From: Spirochaetaceae bacterium
Lineage (GTDB): Bacteria; Spirochaetota; Spirochaetia; DSM-2461
Length of the DNA: 56,262 nt
Direction: 5' to 3'
NCBI GenBank assembly: GCA_051531975.1
Contig: JAOPTT010000025.1
Span: 14,802 to 71,063, forward strand
Positions 8,847 through 19,137 of this stretch are shown here, in pieces (position 1 is the first letter of the stretch; the number at the start of each line of letters is the position of its first letter). Both the position numbers and the translations under genes were made by a program. The notes beneath the pieces were generated by a model that was not told the origin of the DNA, did no database searches, and worked only from the letters and a program-made list of their open reading frames with translations.

Positions 8847-10724
8847 TTAACAGTTAATTATGGAAGGCAATATAAATGTGAAATCTTCTACATTATCATT
8901 AACAAGTACTTTTTTATGTGTAGCTGTCTCAGTATCAATAAATGTTAATACAGACGAGAAGAACTCTTTCTCCAAAACAAACTCATCAACTGGGAAAAAA
9001 GCTTTTTTACCTAAATATCTAAGAATAAATCCATATTTTTCATTTAAAGTAGGTAAATTACTACTTAAACGTCCCCAAGGAGTAAAAATGGGATATATAA
9101 CATTTTTGTGTTTATAACTAAGAGTTGAATTCTCCCCTAAAATCAAACTATCCTGATTTAATGTTAATTTTTCAACTACATTTACTAATGAGAAAGCAAA
9201 AGAGTGGTTTCTATATTTAAAAAGAGTATATTTTTTAACTGATGATTTTGGTGGAATTAGTATATGAAATGATATTCCTTGGCCTTTTTTGTTTTCAGCT
9301 TTTACCTTTCCATCTAACTTATTAATAACTCTATTAACTACAAGATCTAAACCTATCCCACGACCGGAATAATAATTTATATCTTTTGAAGTCGAAAAAC
9401 CAGGTCTTGAAAGCAAGGATAATAGGGAAATCTCTTCATCTTTATCAATAAAATTATTATCAATTCCTTTTTGAACCACATTAGTTAAATCAACTCCACG
9501 ACCATCATCTTTTAATGTAATAGCTAATGAATCTTTTACTTGTGAAATTTTAAGTGTAATATGACCATTTGGAGATTTTCCAGCAGCAACCCTTTCAACT
9601 TCACTCTCTATACCGTGGTCTATTGAGTTTTTTACTAGCTGAATAAGTAGTTCTTTTAAGGTTTCAGCTAGTTGTCGATTAATAGATATTTCACCACCTT
9701 CTATTGAAAACAGTACTTTTTTACCTAACTCATCTCCAAGTTTATTACAATAATTATGAAAATAAGAAAAAGCTTTATTAGTAGTTATTGTGGTTAATGA
9801 AGTTAAAGACTGCTTCATACCTGTAAGTAATTCCTCTACTAAAGGTCTTTTATCAGGAATTACTAAATTATCTAGTAAAAGTTTATTATGAAGGTCTTGA
9901 GAATAATTAAATATTTCTTCAATTTTTGAAGTTTCGACATCTATAGTTGATCCGTATAAATTATTACCAGAAACTTCTGACTTCTGAATTTGCTGGTTAA
10001 AATAACTAGAATATTCAAGCCTAAGAAATTCAATCTCTCTTATTCTATCGAAGCTTAAACCTTTATATATAAAGTTCTTACTTTTATCCGTTGTTATATA
10101 TAATGTTATCTGTTTTGATTGGTTTTTATTTAGTTGATCCATAGGTGGATAAATTTTAACTACATTAGAAATTGTTTCTAGATTATTGATGACAAGAAAA
10201 AGTCGGGGATATTTCATCTCTTCTTCTCTGTCTATATGACAAATTATACGATAAAATTGTTCTCCACGATACATAGCTTCTTTTAAAAGAGTTTGCTCAA
10301 AACTTGTAAAAAAAGAGTCGTTTAAAGGTTTATCATTTATCATTTCAATACTAAGAGGAGATGTTACTATACTTTTATCTTCAATTAACTTTAGCAGTTC
10401 TTTTATTTCTAACTCTGTTGAGTTACTTCGCCAAAGTTTTATATCTTGTATAAAAAAATCGTGTATATGAAAAAAAAGTTTTTCAATATCTTTATCTAAA
10501 GAAATATTACCATCTCTTATCCCTGATAAAAAACCTTCAAATGTATGAGCAAGGTGTTCCATATTAACTAAACCAGCAAATCCAGCAGCACCTTTTAAAG
10601 AATGAACCTCTCTAAATATACTTGAAATTGATAATACATTAGCAGTTAATAATCGGTTTAGTCTGTCTAATATTTTCTCAGTATCGTTTATAAATTCATT
10701 TTTATGCTCTAATTCTATAGCCAC
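8847..10724 (-). CDS. CheA-like histidine kinase (Hpt, P2-like, HATPase, divergent C-terminus)
   Basis: FREVHSLKGAAG Hpt histidine, QLVKNSIDHGIE N-box, DDGRG, PGFST and SGRGIGLD. GTG start. Confidence 0.8.
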   Translation of the reverse strand: MAIELEHKNEFINDTEKILDRLNRLLTANVLSISSIFREVHSLKGAAGFAGLVNMEHLAHTFEGFLSGIRDGNISLDKDIEKLFFHIHDFFIQDIKLWRSNSTELEIKELLKLIEDKSIVTSPLSIEMINDKPLNDSFFTSFEQTLLKEAMYRGEQFYRIICHIDREEEMKYPRLFLVINNLETISNVVKIYPPMDQLNKNQSKQITLYITTDKSKNFIYKGLSFDRIREIEFLRLEYSSYFNQQIQKSEVSGNNLYGSTIDVETSKIEEIFNYSQDLHNKLLLDNLVIPDKRPLVEELLTGMKQSLTSLTTITTNKAFSYFHNYCNKLGDELGKKVLFSIEGGEISINRQLAETLKELLIQLVKNSIDHGIESEVERVAAGKSPNGHITLKISQVKDSLAITLKDDGRGVDLTNVVQKGIDNNFIDKDEEISLLSLLSRPGFSTSKDINYYSGRGIGLDLVVNRVINKLDGKVKAENKKGQGISFHILIPPKSSVKKYTLFKYRNHSFAFSLVNVVEKLTLNQDSLILGENSTLSYKHKNVIYPIFTPWGRLSSNLPTLNEKYGFILRYLGKKAFFPVDEFVLEKEFFSSVLTFIDTETATHKKVLVNDNVEDFTFILPSIINC

Positions 10725-10725
10725 A

Positions 10726-11232
10726 TTAACCCCTGTTTACGGAAATAATTAATTCAACTTCACCAATTGTTGCTTTTGTTTGACTTGCAATAACTGTAGG
10801 AGAAATACCCTGTTTATGGAGTAACAATATTCTTTCCCTCCGTGTTAGAGATGGATCATCTATTGGTTCAATTTTTTCTGGTTCTACTTCATTTCCAGTG
10901 AACATGACCTCTGGCTCAATAACAGGTTGACTACTTAATATATTCTGAGTTACTTTTGTCTCAATATTTACCTTTGATTCAGTTTTAAGTTTAGCTAATT
11001 TTCTATCAGCTTCAGCTATAGCTAAACTTATTTTTTCTAATCTATTTTCTACTAATAGAACATTTCTATCTGAGGTTTCATTTATTTGATTAATTAATGA
11101 ATTGATCTCTTCTTTTACACTATTAAGAAATGTTTTATTATCAATTTTTTTATTAACTCTTCTACTTAGAACTCTATATATAACAAAACTGTATACAGAG
11201 CAAACTATAAGGCATATTAAAAGTGTGTTCAT
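10726..11232 (-). CDS. Flagellar-operon membrane-anchored coiled-coil protein with C-terminal HTH-like domain (DUF6115-like)
   Basis: N-terminal TM segment, coiled coil, C-terminal 'ILLLHKQGISPTVIASQTKATIGEVELII'. Confidence 0.65.
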   Translation of the reverse strand: MNTLLICLIVCSVYSFVIYRVLSRRVNKKIDNKTFLNSVKEEINSLINQINETSDRNVLLVENRLEKISLAIAEADRKLAKLKTESKVNIETKVTQNILSSQPVIEPEVMFTGNEVEPEKIEPIDDPSLTRRERILLLHKQGISPTVIASQTKATIGEVELIISVNRG

Positions 11233-11235
11233 TTT

Positions 11236-11559
11236 TTACCCCGATATATCAATATTATGCCCACGTTTTGGGTCGGAAAAGTATTTGGCTTTATCATCTT
11301 TAGTCTCTTCATCTTCTTTGTGTTTTTCATCTCCACCAGAAGAACCTGATCCACTACCTTTGTTATTATCAATATGCTCTGCTTCTTTATCTTCTTCTGC
11401 TTTATTAACAGAATGGTCTCTATTATTTTCTTCTTTTACTAATTGATTCGCTTCTCTACTTTGCTGATTTTCCACAGATTTTTGCAATGCAGCTTGATCT
11501 TTACCTACTTGAGCCATTTTGACAAATAAGGTTTGAAGATCAAGTGGTTTTATCGACAT
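11236..11559 (-). CDS. Conserved hypothetical protein of flagellar operons (follows fapA)
   Basis: MSIKPLDLQ start and DPKRGHNIDI end. RBS AGGAG. Operon position. Confidence 0.7.
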   Translation of the reverse strand: MSIKPLDLQTLFVKMAQVGKDQAALQKSVENQQSREANQLVKEENNRDHSVNKAEEDKEAEHIDNNKGSGSGSSGGDEKHKEDEETKDDKAKYFSDPKRGHNIDISG

Positions 11560-13501
11560 TAATAGATCTCCTTTCTATATCTTCATCAATTTCAACGTAA
11601 TCTTTAGTAATTATATACCCTTCTGGGTCTAATATAAATGAGACAGCTTTCTTAAAAAGGTTTTTAACCTCATAATCTTTGTCTTCAACCATTATTACAA
11701 CACCAGGAAATACCTGTTTAGAAGCACCAACAACACCATCGATAGATAGAGTTTTTAAGTAAAGCATTTTATCTTCTAAATCATCAGTTAAATTTCTTTT
11801 TTGGCTTGTTAGACCATTATGCTCTTGTTTTAATTCTTTTAAAAAGGACTCTTTTTCATCTGATAATTTATTGTTCTGCTTCTTAATTCTTACTAAAGAG
11901 TGTAGATTTTTATTAACTTCATCGAGCTTTCCATTAATTATTTTAAGTTGATTTGTTAACTCTTCAATCTCACCTTTTGTTTTAGGATCAAATCCAACTT
12001 CAACTCTTGTCTCAGTTCCACCTGATGTTCCTAATACAGCAGCATTTATCTCTTGAGCAGCTCGTAAGTGCCCTCCAACTATTTTTGCTCGTTTACCTTT
12101 ACAAAGTATTTTTTTTGAAGCATCAACATGGGAATTTACAATACCATCACTAACAATAACTCTATCTCCGGATTCAACCTTTGAGTTAGTAATAAAACTT
12201 GACCAAACACTTCCACCAGCAGAAATTACAGTTCCAGCACCACCATTTATACCTTGCCTTACAATAATGTCTCCACCTGATGTTAGAGTTGATTTACCAA
12301 TATATCCATTTACTTCGATATTTGCTTGGGCATTAACTGTAAATCCATCTTCAACATTTCCTTCTATTACTACAGAACCAAGTGAATTAATATTACCAGT
12401 TTCACCATTTACGTCACCATCTATTACAAGTATAGTTTCTACAGTTATCTTCCCATTTATTAATAAAACCTGTCCACTTGCATCGGCAACTATAGTTTTA
12501 TCATTTACTATAGAAACATTTTTACCAAGTTTAATTTCAATTACTTTTCCATCGGTAGCAGGGATATAACGACCAAAGACTGTTTTACCATCTATACCAA
12601 CCCCAGGAGGTTTTATTGTTGCTAAAGGTTGCCCTTCTACAACATTTGTAAATCTATTAAGTTCTTTAAAGTCAATTCTTCCATCTTTATCTTGTTTAAG
12701 ATCTATATCCCCAGATTGTTTAAAACTATAAACTAGTTTTGAATCATCACCATTTTTAGCTTGCTGACCCTCTGCAATTATAAAATCATCGTTGTAGCTT
12801 GGATGTATCATAAATTCATCAATTTCATCAAGCATAACCCCAAACTCAATACTTCCAACATCTAGGGCATGTTTAATCTGGTCAACTGTTACATTACGTC
12901 CACCATAACCTGGATCTGTTACATACATACTTACACTTAATTCATCAGAAGCTACAGAGATATCAATTGTAGCATCGTTAGTAGAATCAGTTGCATAGCT
13001 TCCGATATCAATAAATTCGCCTTCATGTTTATCTAGGATTTCCTGAATTTTATCAGTATCATACTCTTCTACTCCCCTAGCTTTAATACTATCAAGAACA
13101 GTATCAAAGTCTACTGAAGCACCAGTACCAACAGGTTCATGTACTAATAGTTGTGCGGTTTGATTGGCGGTTAAATTTATAGTAAAAAAACCTGGTTCAT
13201 TAACTAAGATTTCGTCGTTTAATCCAAATTCATCACCATATGCGTCATCAAGAACTTTTTTGGTCCCTGAACTTTTTTGATATACAATTAAGATACAGTC
13301 TCTTTTTCCAACACCAAAGACACCGTTAGAACCACTATCTAAAACTTCATACTCAAGGCTATATTTAGGCATACCAAGCTCCATAGAAGCTGATAAAAGT
13401 GCATCATCGACATTAGAACCAACAACCTGTACAGACTTTCGATCTCTATCATGTGCCAATTGTTCTTTCATAAATTCACGAAAATCATTAACCGAAATCA
13501 T
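11540..13501 (-). CDS. fapA: FapA/DUF342 flagellar assembly protein with Jag_N-like N-terminus
   Basis: DGRIDFKEL, beta-helical GDVNGETGNI/IEGNVEDGF repeats, coiled coil, VFPGV. Follows fliA. Confidence 0.8.
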   Translation of the reverse strand: MISVNDFREFMKEQLAHDRDRKSVQVVGSNVDDALLSASMELGMPKYSLEYEVLDSGSNGVFGVGKRDCILIVYQKSSGTKKVLDDAYGDEFGLNDEILVNEPGFFTINLTANQTAQLLVHEPVGTGASVDFDTVLDSIKARGVEEYDTDKIQEILDKHEGEFIDIGSYATDSTNDATIDISVASDELSVSMYVTDPGYGGRNVTVDQIKHALDVGSIEFGVMLDEIDEFMIHPSYNDDFIIAEGQQAKNGDDSKLVYSFKQSGDIDLKQDKDGRIDFKELNRFTNVVEGQPLATIKPPGVGIDGKTVFGRYIPATDGKVIEIKLGKNVSIVNDKTIVADASGQVLLINGKITVETILVIDGDVNGETGNINSLGSVVIEGNVEDGFTVNAQANIEVNGYIGKSTLTSGGDIIVRQGINGGAGTVISAGGSVWSSFITNSKVESGDRVIVSDGIVNSHVDASKKILCKGKRAKIVGGHLRAAQEINAAVLGTSGGTETRVEVGFDPKTKGEIEELTNQLKIINGKLDEVNKNLHSLVRIKKQNNKLSDEKESFLKELKQEHNGLTSQKRNLTDDLEDKMLYLKTLSIDGVVGASKQVFPGVVIMVEDKDYEVKNLFKKAVSFILDPEGYIITKDYVEIDEDIERRSINVDKTT

Positions 13502-13509
13502 AATACCTC

Positions 13510-14298
13510 TTAGTATAAACCTTTTTTAATATTTGTTAATTTACCTCTTAATCGTACAATAGCTCTAGTATGTAGTTGAGAAATTCTAGACTCTGTTACT
13601 TCTAATATTTTTCCTATCTCTTTAAGTGTTAAATCTTCATAATAATAGAGAACCAATACCTTTTTTTCATTATCAGGTAGTTCTGTAATAGCTTCAGCTA
13701 TTACTCTTTTTATCTCTTCTTTTTCTATAATAACATCAGGTTGAAGACCACTTGGAGACTCAATACTATCTTGTATAGAAACTTTATCATTGTCATTACC
13801 AGTACTCCAAAGTTCATTTAAAGATAAAAGGGATGTTCCACTAATTTTTACCATAGTTTTTCTTAAATCAGTTAATGAAAGATTCATATAATCTGCAATT
13901 TCATCTTCTGAAGCAGATCTACCTAAATGGGATTCTAATATTTGAACAGTTGAGTCAACTTCTTTTGCCTTCTGTCTAACAGATCGTGGAACCCAATCCA
14001 AACTTCTTAGTTCATCAAATATCGAACCACGAATTCTTGTAACTGCATATGTTTTAAACTTTACATCTTTACTTGGATTATATTTACCAACAGCATCTAT
14101 TAATCCAAATGTTCCATAACCTACCAAATCATCAAAATCTACATTACTTGGCATATTAACAGCGAGCTTTCCTGCTACATATTTAACAAGAGGAGCATAC
14201 TGTACTATTATAGCATCACGAAGTCTTGGAGAGTCAGTTTCTTTAAACTCTATCCAAACTTCTGTTTCAGTCATTCCGTCAATCATTACATCACTCAT
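13510..14298 (-). CDS. fliA: Flagellar sigma factor sigma28 (FliA/WhiG)
   Basis: YAPLVKYVA, FKTYAVTRIRGSIFDELRSLDWVPRS and LTLKEIGKILEVTESRISQLH. Confidence 0.95.
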   Translation of the reverse strand: MSDVMIDGMTETEVWIEFKETDSPRLRDAIIVQYAPLVKYVAGKLAVNMPSNVDFDDLVGYGTFGLIDAVGKYNPSKDVKFKTYAVTRIRGSIFDELRSLDWVPRSVRQKAKEVDSTVQILESHLGRSASEDEIADYMNLSLTDLRKTMVKISGTSLLSLNELWSTGNDNDKVSIQDSIESPSGLQPDVIIEKEEIKRVIAEAITELPDNEKKVLVLYYYEDLTLKEIGKILEVTESRISQLHTRAIVRLRGKLTNIKKGLY

Positions 14299-14310
14299 GC
14301 TATTCCCTTT

Positions 14311-14883
14311 CTAATCTTTTTTAAGAACTGTCTTAACAGCTCTAGCCATATCTTCTACTGAATTATTCTCAATAGCATTATCTCCACTCATTGAAGAGTA
14401 TAAAGATGTACTTTTGTCACTAGCATAATCATCTTCTTCTGAAGTTTCACTACTATTAAAACCTGAAGATGAAAGACTTTTTAAGTTATCAAGGTCTACT
14501 TCTTTGAAACCGGTATCAACCTTTGCGACTACTTCACCATCTGCACCAATCTCCGTTGGTTCTTGATCAGAATCACCTTGTTCATCTGATTGAACAGTAT
14601 AACCCTCTTCTGGCATAACAATATCTACGTGCCCTTCATTAGCTGTACTACTATCAAAATCCTCAGATTCATTACCTGCTACTAGTTCAGGTAAAAAGTT
14701 CATAATAACAAAATTTGCTATTATAATTATTATACCTATAATAATACCCGAAAAAGCACTTCTTAAAAAGAGATTTATAAAATTATAACCAGAAATTATC
14801 CCAGTTATAAAACTGAGGAAAAAACCTACTAGAGAAAAGAATATTACAATTTTTTTATTAACATTATTTAAATTAAAATTCAT
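14311..14883 (-). CDS. Hypothetical membrane protein (2 TM segments + acidic tail) upstream of fliA
   Basis: Two hydrophobic helices, D/E/S-rich tail, C-terminal MARAVKTVLKKD. RBS AAGGA. Confidence 0.75.
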   Translation of the reverse strand: MNFNLNNVNKKIVIFFSLVGFFLSFITGIISGYNFINLFLRSAFSGIIIGIIIIIANFVIMNFLPELVAGNESEDFDSSTANEGHVDIVMPEEGYTVQSDEQGDSDQEPTEIGADGEVVAKVDTGFKEVDLDNLKSLSSSGFNSSETSEEDDYASDKSTSLYSSMSGDNAIENNSVEDMARAVKTVLKKD

Positions 14884-14911
14884 ATAGTCCTTTTATATTA
14901 ATCTCTTTAAT

Positions 14912-14940
14912 AGATTAAGTAAAAAAACCTCTACAGTCAA
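14912..14940 (-). promoter_or_regulatory. Internal sigma70 promoter upstream of the hypothetical-fliA-fapA segment
   Basis: TTGACT(14940-14935)-17 bp-TAATCT. Confidence 0.55.
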
Positions 14941-14954
14941 GCAATTATTGTTTT

Positions 14955-15848
14955 CTATTTGTGGATGAATTTACGGATAAAGCTATTTAGCCCCTTTCCT
15001 TCCTTAAACTCTATGTTTTCTAATCTATGAACAAGGTGCTCTAAACAAATTGAAGCCTTACTTTTAGGTTCATAAATAGTAAAAGGTTTTTGCTTTCTAA
15101 CACAATTTTGTACTGCAATATCATCATAGACACATCCAAGATAATCTATTTTCTGATTTAAAAACTGTCCAGCAATATTAATTACCCTAGTTGCGACTTT
15201 TTTACCTTCTGTTACAGACTGGGTCCTATTAACAATTAATTTTATATTCAGATCTGTTCTATCAATTTCGGTAGACATTACTTTGATAATTCCATAAGCA
15301 TCAGTAATAGCAGTAGGTTCAGGAGTAGTTACGATTATTACATCGTCCGCTGCTGCTAAGAAAGATAAAACACTTTCAGATACTCCTGCACTTGTATCAA
15401 CTATAAGTATGTCAGCATCATCAAATGTTTGAAATGAGGATATGAAAATCTGTCTTTCATCTTCAGTTAAATTTGCTATACGAGAAAAACCTGAAGCTCC
15501 TGCAATCATTCGAATCCCATATTCAGTTTCGTAGATTATCTCTTCCATTGTTTTTTGTTTACGTATAACGTGATATAAATTATATTTTGGTATAATACCT
15601 AGGATAACATTTACATTAGCAAGACCTAAATCTGCATCTAATATTACAACTTTTTTACCTAATTTAGCATATGTAATTGCAAGATTAGCAGAAATGTTAG
15701 TTTTACCTACACCACCTTTCCCACTGGCTACAGCAATTATTCTTGTTTTACCACCAGCTTTATTACTTCCTGAGTCGGGGGTAGCAGTATTTGTATCCTC
15801 AGTATTATTTTTCATTAGTTCTCGTAAAGATTCTGCTTGATCTGCCAT
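14955..15848 (-). CDS. flhG: MinD/ParA-family ATPase FlhG (FleN)
   Basis: MADQAESLR N-terminal motif, SGKGGVGKT and TTPEPTAITDAY. Follows flhF. Confidence 0.92.
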   Translation of the reverse strand: MADQAESLRELMKNNTEDTNTATPDSGSNKAGGKTRIIAVASGKGGVGKTNISANLAITYAKLGKKVVILDADLGLANVNVILGIIPKYNLYHVIRKQKTMEEIIYETEYGIRMIAGASGFSRIANLTEDERQIFISSFQTFDDADILIVDTSAGVSESVLSFLAAADDVIIVTTPEPTAITDAYGIIKVMSTEIDRTDLNIKLIVNRTQSVTEGKKVATRVINIAGQFLNQKIDYLGCVYDDIAVQNCVRKQKPFTIYEPKSKASICLEHLVHRLENIEFKEGKGLNSFIRKFIHK

Positions 15849-15851
15849 AGA

Positions 15852-16997
15852 TTATCCTCTTGTCCTCTGCTTACTACCTACAAGTAGTGACATAATTTTT
15901 TTCTTTGTGGCTACTTCAATATCCTGTGGAACTAGTTGTCCTGTTGTAATATATGAAACTCTCTGTTTCTGTTCTTCTAATAAACTAATTAAGTTTCCAC
16001 ATCTAGTGGTCTCATCAAGTTTAGTTATAATAACAGATTCATAACCAAAAGGGTCGTATTGTTTCATTATTTCCCTAATATCCCATGTTTTTGTCGTAGC
16101 ACTAAAAGCCAAATGAACTTCACATCCATGTCCGCAACCTTCTAATATGCGTCTCATTTCAGCCAACTTAACGAAATCTTTTGGACTTTTGCCTATAGTA
16201 TCGACAAAAATATAATCTATATCACTATTAATATCGATTTCTTGCTTTAAATCTTCATAACTCTCACAACAAGTAACAGGAATCCCCATAATTTCACCAT
16301 AAGTTTCAATCTGTTTTTTTGCAGCAATTCTATAATTATCAATTGTAACCATCCGTACAGAGTGTTTTTCTGTACCAGCGATACCCAAACCCTTCTGAGC
16401 AGCTAACTTGGCGATAGTGGTTGTTTTTCCTACCCCTGTAGGCCCAACAAGAATGAATATAGTGGACTCTTTTTTTATTTTAGGGGTATAAACACCAATA
16501 CTCTCTTCAATCCAAGATATAACCTTATCGTGAACAATATCTGAATCACTAAGATCAGAAAATGATAACTCATCTTTTAATCTTTCTAGGGTGTTTTTGA
16601 TATATTTTAGAGAAAAATCATTTTCTTGTAAAAATTCCTCAATAATTAGTATAGAAGGGAGCTCACGAGATGACTCTGATGCTGGAGTACTTTTAATATC
16701 CTCTTTAAGGCTTTTAACTTCATCTAATATTTTCTGTAATGAGTCCTCCCGTTTTGATTCCCCATTTACACTTTCTAATATTTTTTGTTTCTCACGTTTA
16801 TCAGTATCTTTTTGTTTTGTTCGACCTCTACTAGTGATATAACCTGAATATTCAAAGCCTTCTTTTTGGAAAAGACCCCAAACTCCACCCATCGATACTT
16901 TTTTTCTGCTTAGAACAGTTGCATCTGGTCCATACTTGTCTCTAATGAGCTCTATTAACTCCTGATGGCTACGACCGGTTTCTGTAAAATACATCAT
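15852..16997 (-). CDS. flhF: SRP-family GTPase FlhF
   Basis: GPTGVGKTTTIAKLAA, DTIG, TKLDET and TTGQLVPQDI. Confidence 0.93.
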   Translation of the reverse strand: MMYFTETGRSHQELIELIRDKYGPDATVLSRKKVSMGGVWGLFQKEGFEYSGYITSRGRTKQKDTDKREKQKILESVNGESKREDSLQKILDEVKSLKEDIKSTPASESSRELPSILIIEEFLQENDFSLKYIKNTLERLKDELSFSDLSDSDIVHDKVISWIEESIGVYTPKIKKESTIFILVGPTGVGKTTTIAKLAAQKGLGIAGTEKHSVRMVTIDNYRIAAKKQIETYGEIMGIPVTCCESYEDLKQEIDINSDIDYIFVDTIGKSPKDFVKLAEMRRILEGCGHGCEVHLAFSATTKTWDIREIMKQYDPFGYESVIITKLDETTRCGNLISLLEEQKQRVSYITTGQLVPQDIEVATKKKIMSLLVGSKQRTRG

Positions 16998-19096
16998 GTA
17001 CTAACTTCCTCTAATGAGACAAATCCAAGGGATTCCACCTTAACCTTATCTGATATTTCGTGGACGGATAAAACAGCTAAATCAGCTATATCCCTCTCTA
17101 TACTTTTTTTAACAATAGGTCTTGCAGACTCTGAACATAATAATACAGGATAAAAACCCATATTGCCAACATTCTGCATAACATTCATTAAACTATTTAT
17201 CCAGGATCTCTGTCTATCTGGGGATAATGCTGCAATTCTACCTGAAGTTGTTTCCATTGCTGAATCAATTATTTCTTGCTCAAAATTAGGCTCTATAGTT
17301 ATTACATGTAGAAGATTATCATCAGTAATATATTGCTGACAAATTTGCCTGCCTAATCCTTGCCTAACTTTTTCTATTAAAAAGCTGCTATCTTTAGTAA
17401 CTCCGGAGAAATCACTCATAGTCTCTAATATTGATACAATATTTCTAATTGAAACCTGTTCTTTTAATAGACCTTGTAATACTTTCTGAATCTCTCCAAC
17501 AGAGAAATCCTTATTAACTTCGTCAACTACAGCAGGAAAGTTATCTTTAAGAGCATCGACAATAGATTTAACCTCTTGTCTGCCTAAGATTTCATGAGCA
17601 AAGTTTCTTATAATCTCAGTTAAATGTGTCGCAATTATTGATGGAGAATCGACAACTGTATAACCAGCTTTCTCAGCTTTATCTCTAATATCGTCGTTAA
17701 TCCAGATAGCAGGAAGTCCAAATGTTGGGTCTGTTGTTGGAGAACCGGGTAACTCTTCTCTCTCACCACCAGGATTTATTGCTAGATATTGCCCTAAATT
17801 AATTAGACCCTTACCAACAGAAACCCCCCTAATTTTAAATGAGTACTCTGCAGGTTCTAACCTCATATTATCTACAATTCTAATTCGTGGTACAACTAGA
17901 CCTAAATCTAAAGCAGCTTCTCTACGAATTTTTGTTATTCTATTTAAAAGTTCAGCACCATGTTCTTGATCAACTAAGGGTATAAGTCCATAACCTAACT
18001 CTAAAGCAAGTGGATCTAGTGGTACAACTGGAGCCATCTCTTCTGGTTCCTTAGTTACTGCATTTTCTAGTTCTTCCTTATCCCGGATATCTTTATTAAC
18101 TTTACTCGTCTCATTTCTTGTTAAAACATATGCCATATAACCTGATAAAAGTCCTAGAGGCGCCAATAAATACCAAGGAAAATTAGGTACAAATGATAAA
18201 AAGATTAAAAATACAGCAGCAACCCAATAAATATTTGAAGTTCTAGTGAACTGATTTTTTACATCGGAACTAAATGTTCCGTCGGAAATTGATCTTGTAA
18301 CCATTAAACCAGTAGCAATTGAAACTAAAAGTGTAGGAAGTTGTGATACTAAACCATCACCAACTGTTAAACGAACATATATTTCAGAAGCTTCTTGGAA
18401 TGCCTCACCTCTATAAATCATACCAATTGTTAAACCGGCTACTATATTTAAAGCAGTTATTGCTAAACCTGCTTTTACTGAACCAGATATGAACTTACTG
18501 GCACCATCCATAGCTCCATAAAAGTTAACTTCTTTTTGTAAATCTTCTTTTTTCGTTCTAGCTTCATCTTCTGTTAATGCCCCAGAGTTATATTCAGCCT
18601 CGATTGACATCTGTTTACCAGGTAGTGCATCTAAACTAAATCTAGCTGCAACTTCTGCAACCCTTGTAGCACCTTTTGTAATAACCATAAATTGAACAAT
18701 TATGATGATTATAAAAATAACAACACCGATAACTAAACCTTCAGCACTATCTGTACCTACAACAACTGTTGCAAATGCCTTAATCATCTGACCATTAAAT
18801 TCTATACCCTTTGATAAAATAGCCCTTGTTGAGGCGATATTTAAAATTATACCAAAAACTGTAGATGTTAAAAGAATAGTTGGGAAAAGAGAAAAGTCTA
18901 ATGCTCCACGGGAGTAAACAACTGTTAATATTATTACTATAGCCCCGGCAATATTTAAGATCATGAAAAAGTCGAGTAATCCTGTAGGAATAGGAATCAT
19001 GATAAGCATAATTGCACCAATAATTGCAAATGCTATAACATAATCTCCACCCTTTTCACCTATAACTCTTTTTATATTATCCTGAATACTAGACAT
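16994..19096 (-). CDS. flhA: Flagellar export gate FlhA
   Basis: ITKGATRVAEVAARFSLDALPGKQM, FYGAMDGASKF and LELGYGLIPLV. Confidence 0.97.
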   Translation of the reverse strand: MSSIQDNIKRVIGEKGGDYVIAFAIIGAIMLIMIPIPTGLLDFFMILNIAGAIVIILTVVYSRGALDFSLFPTILLTSTVFGIILNIASTRAILSKGIEFNGQMIKAFATVVVGTDSAEGLVIGVVIFIIIIIVQFMVITKGATRVAEVAARFSLDALPGKQMSIEAEYNSGALTEDEARTKKEDLQKEVNFYGAMDGASKFISGSVKAGLAITALNIVAGLTIGMIYRGEAFQEASEIYVRLTVGDGLVSQLPTLLVSIATGLMVTRSISDGTFSSDVKNQFTRTSNIYWVAAVFLIFLSFVPNFPWYLLAPLGLLSGYMAYVLTRNETSKVNKDIRDKEELENAVTKEPEEMAPVVPLDPLALELGYGLIPLVDQEHGAELLNRITKIRREAALDLGLVVPRIRIVDNMRLEPAEYSFKIRGVSVGKGLINLGQYLAINPGGEREELPGSPTTDPTFGLPAIWINDDIRDKAEKAGYTVVDSPSIIATHLTEIIRNFAHEILGRQEVKSIVDALKDNFPAVVDEVNKDFSVGEIQKVLQGLLKEQVSIRNIVSILETMSDFSGVTKDSSFLIEKVRQGLGRQICQQYITDDNLLHVITIEPNFEQEIIDSAMETTSGRIAALSPDRQRSWINSLMNVMQNVGNMGFYPVLLCSESARPIVKKSIERDIADLAVLSVHEISDKVKVESLGFVSLEEVST

Positions 19097-19137
19097 TATA
19101 TAACACTACTCTCCCTATATATAAAAATCAAATATCA

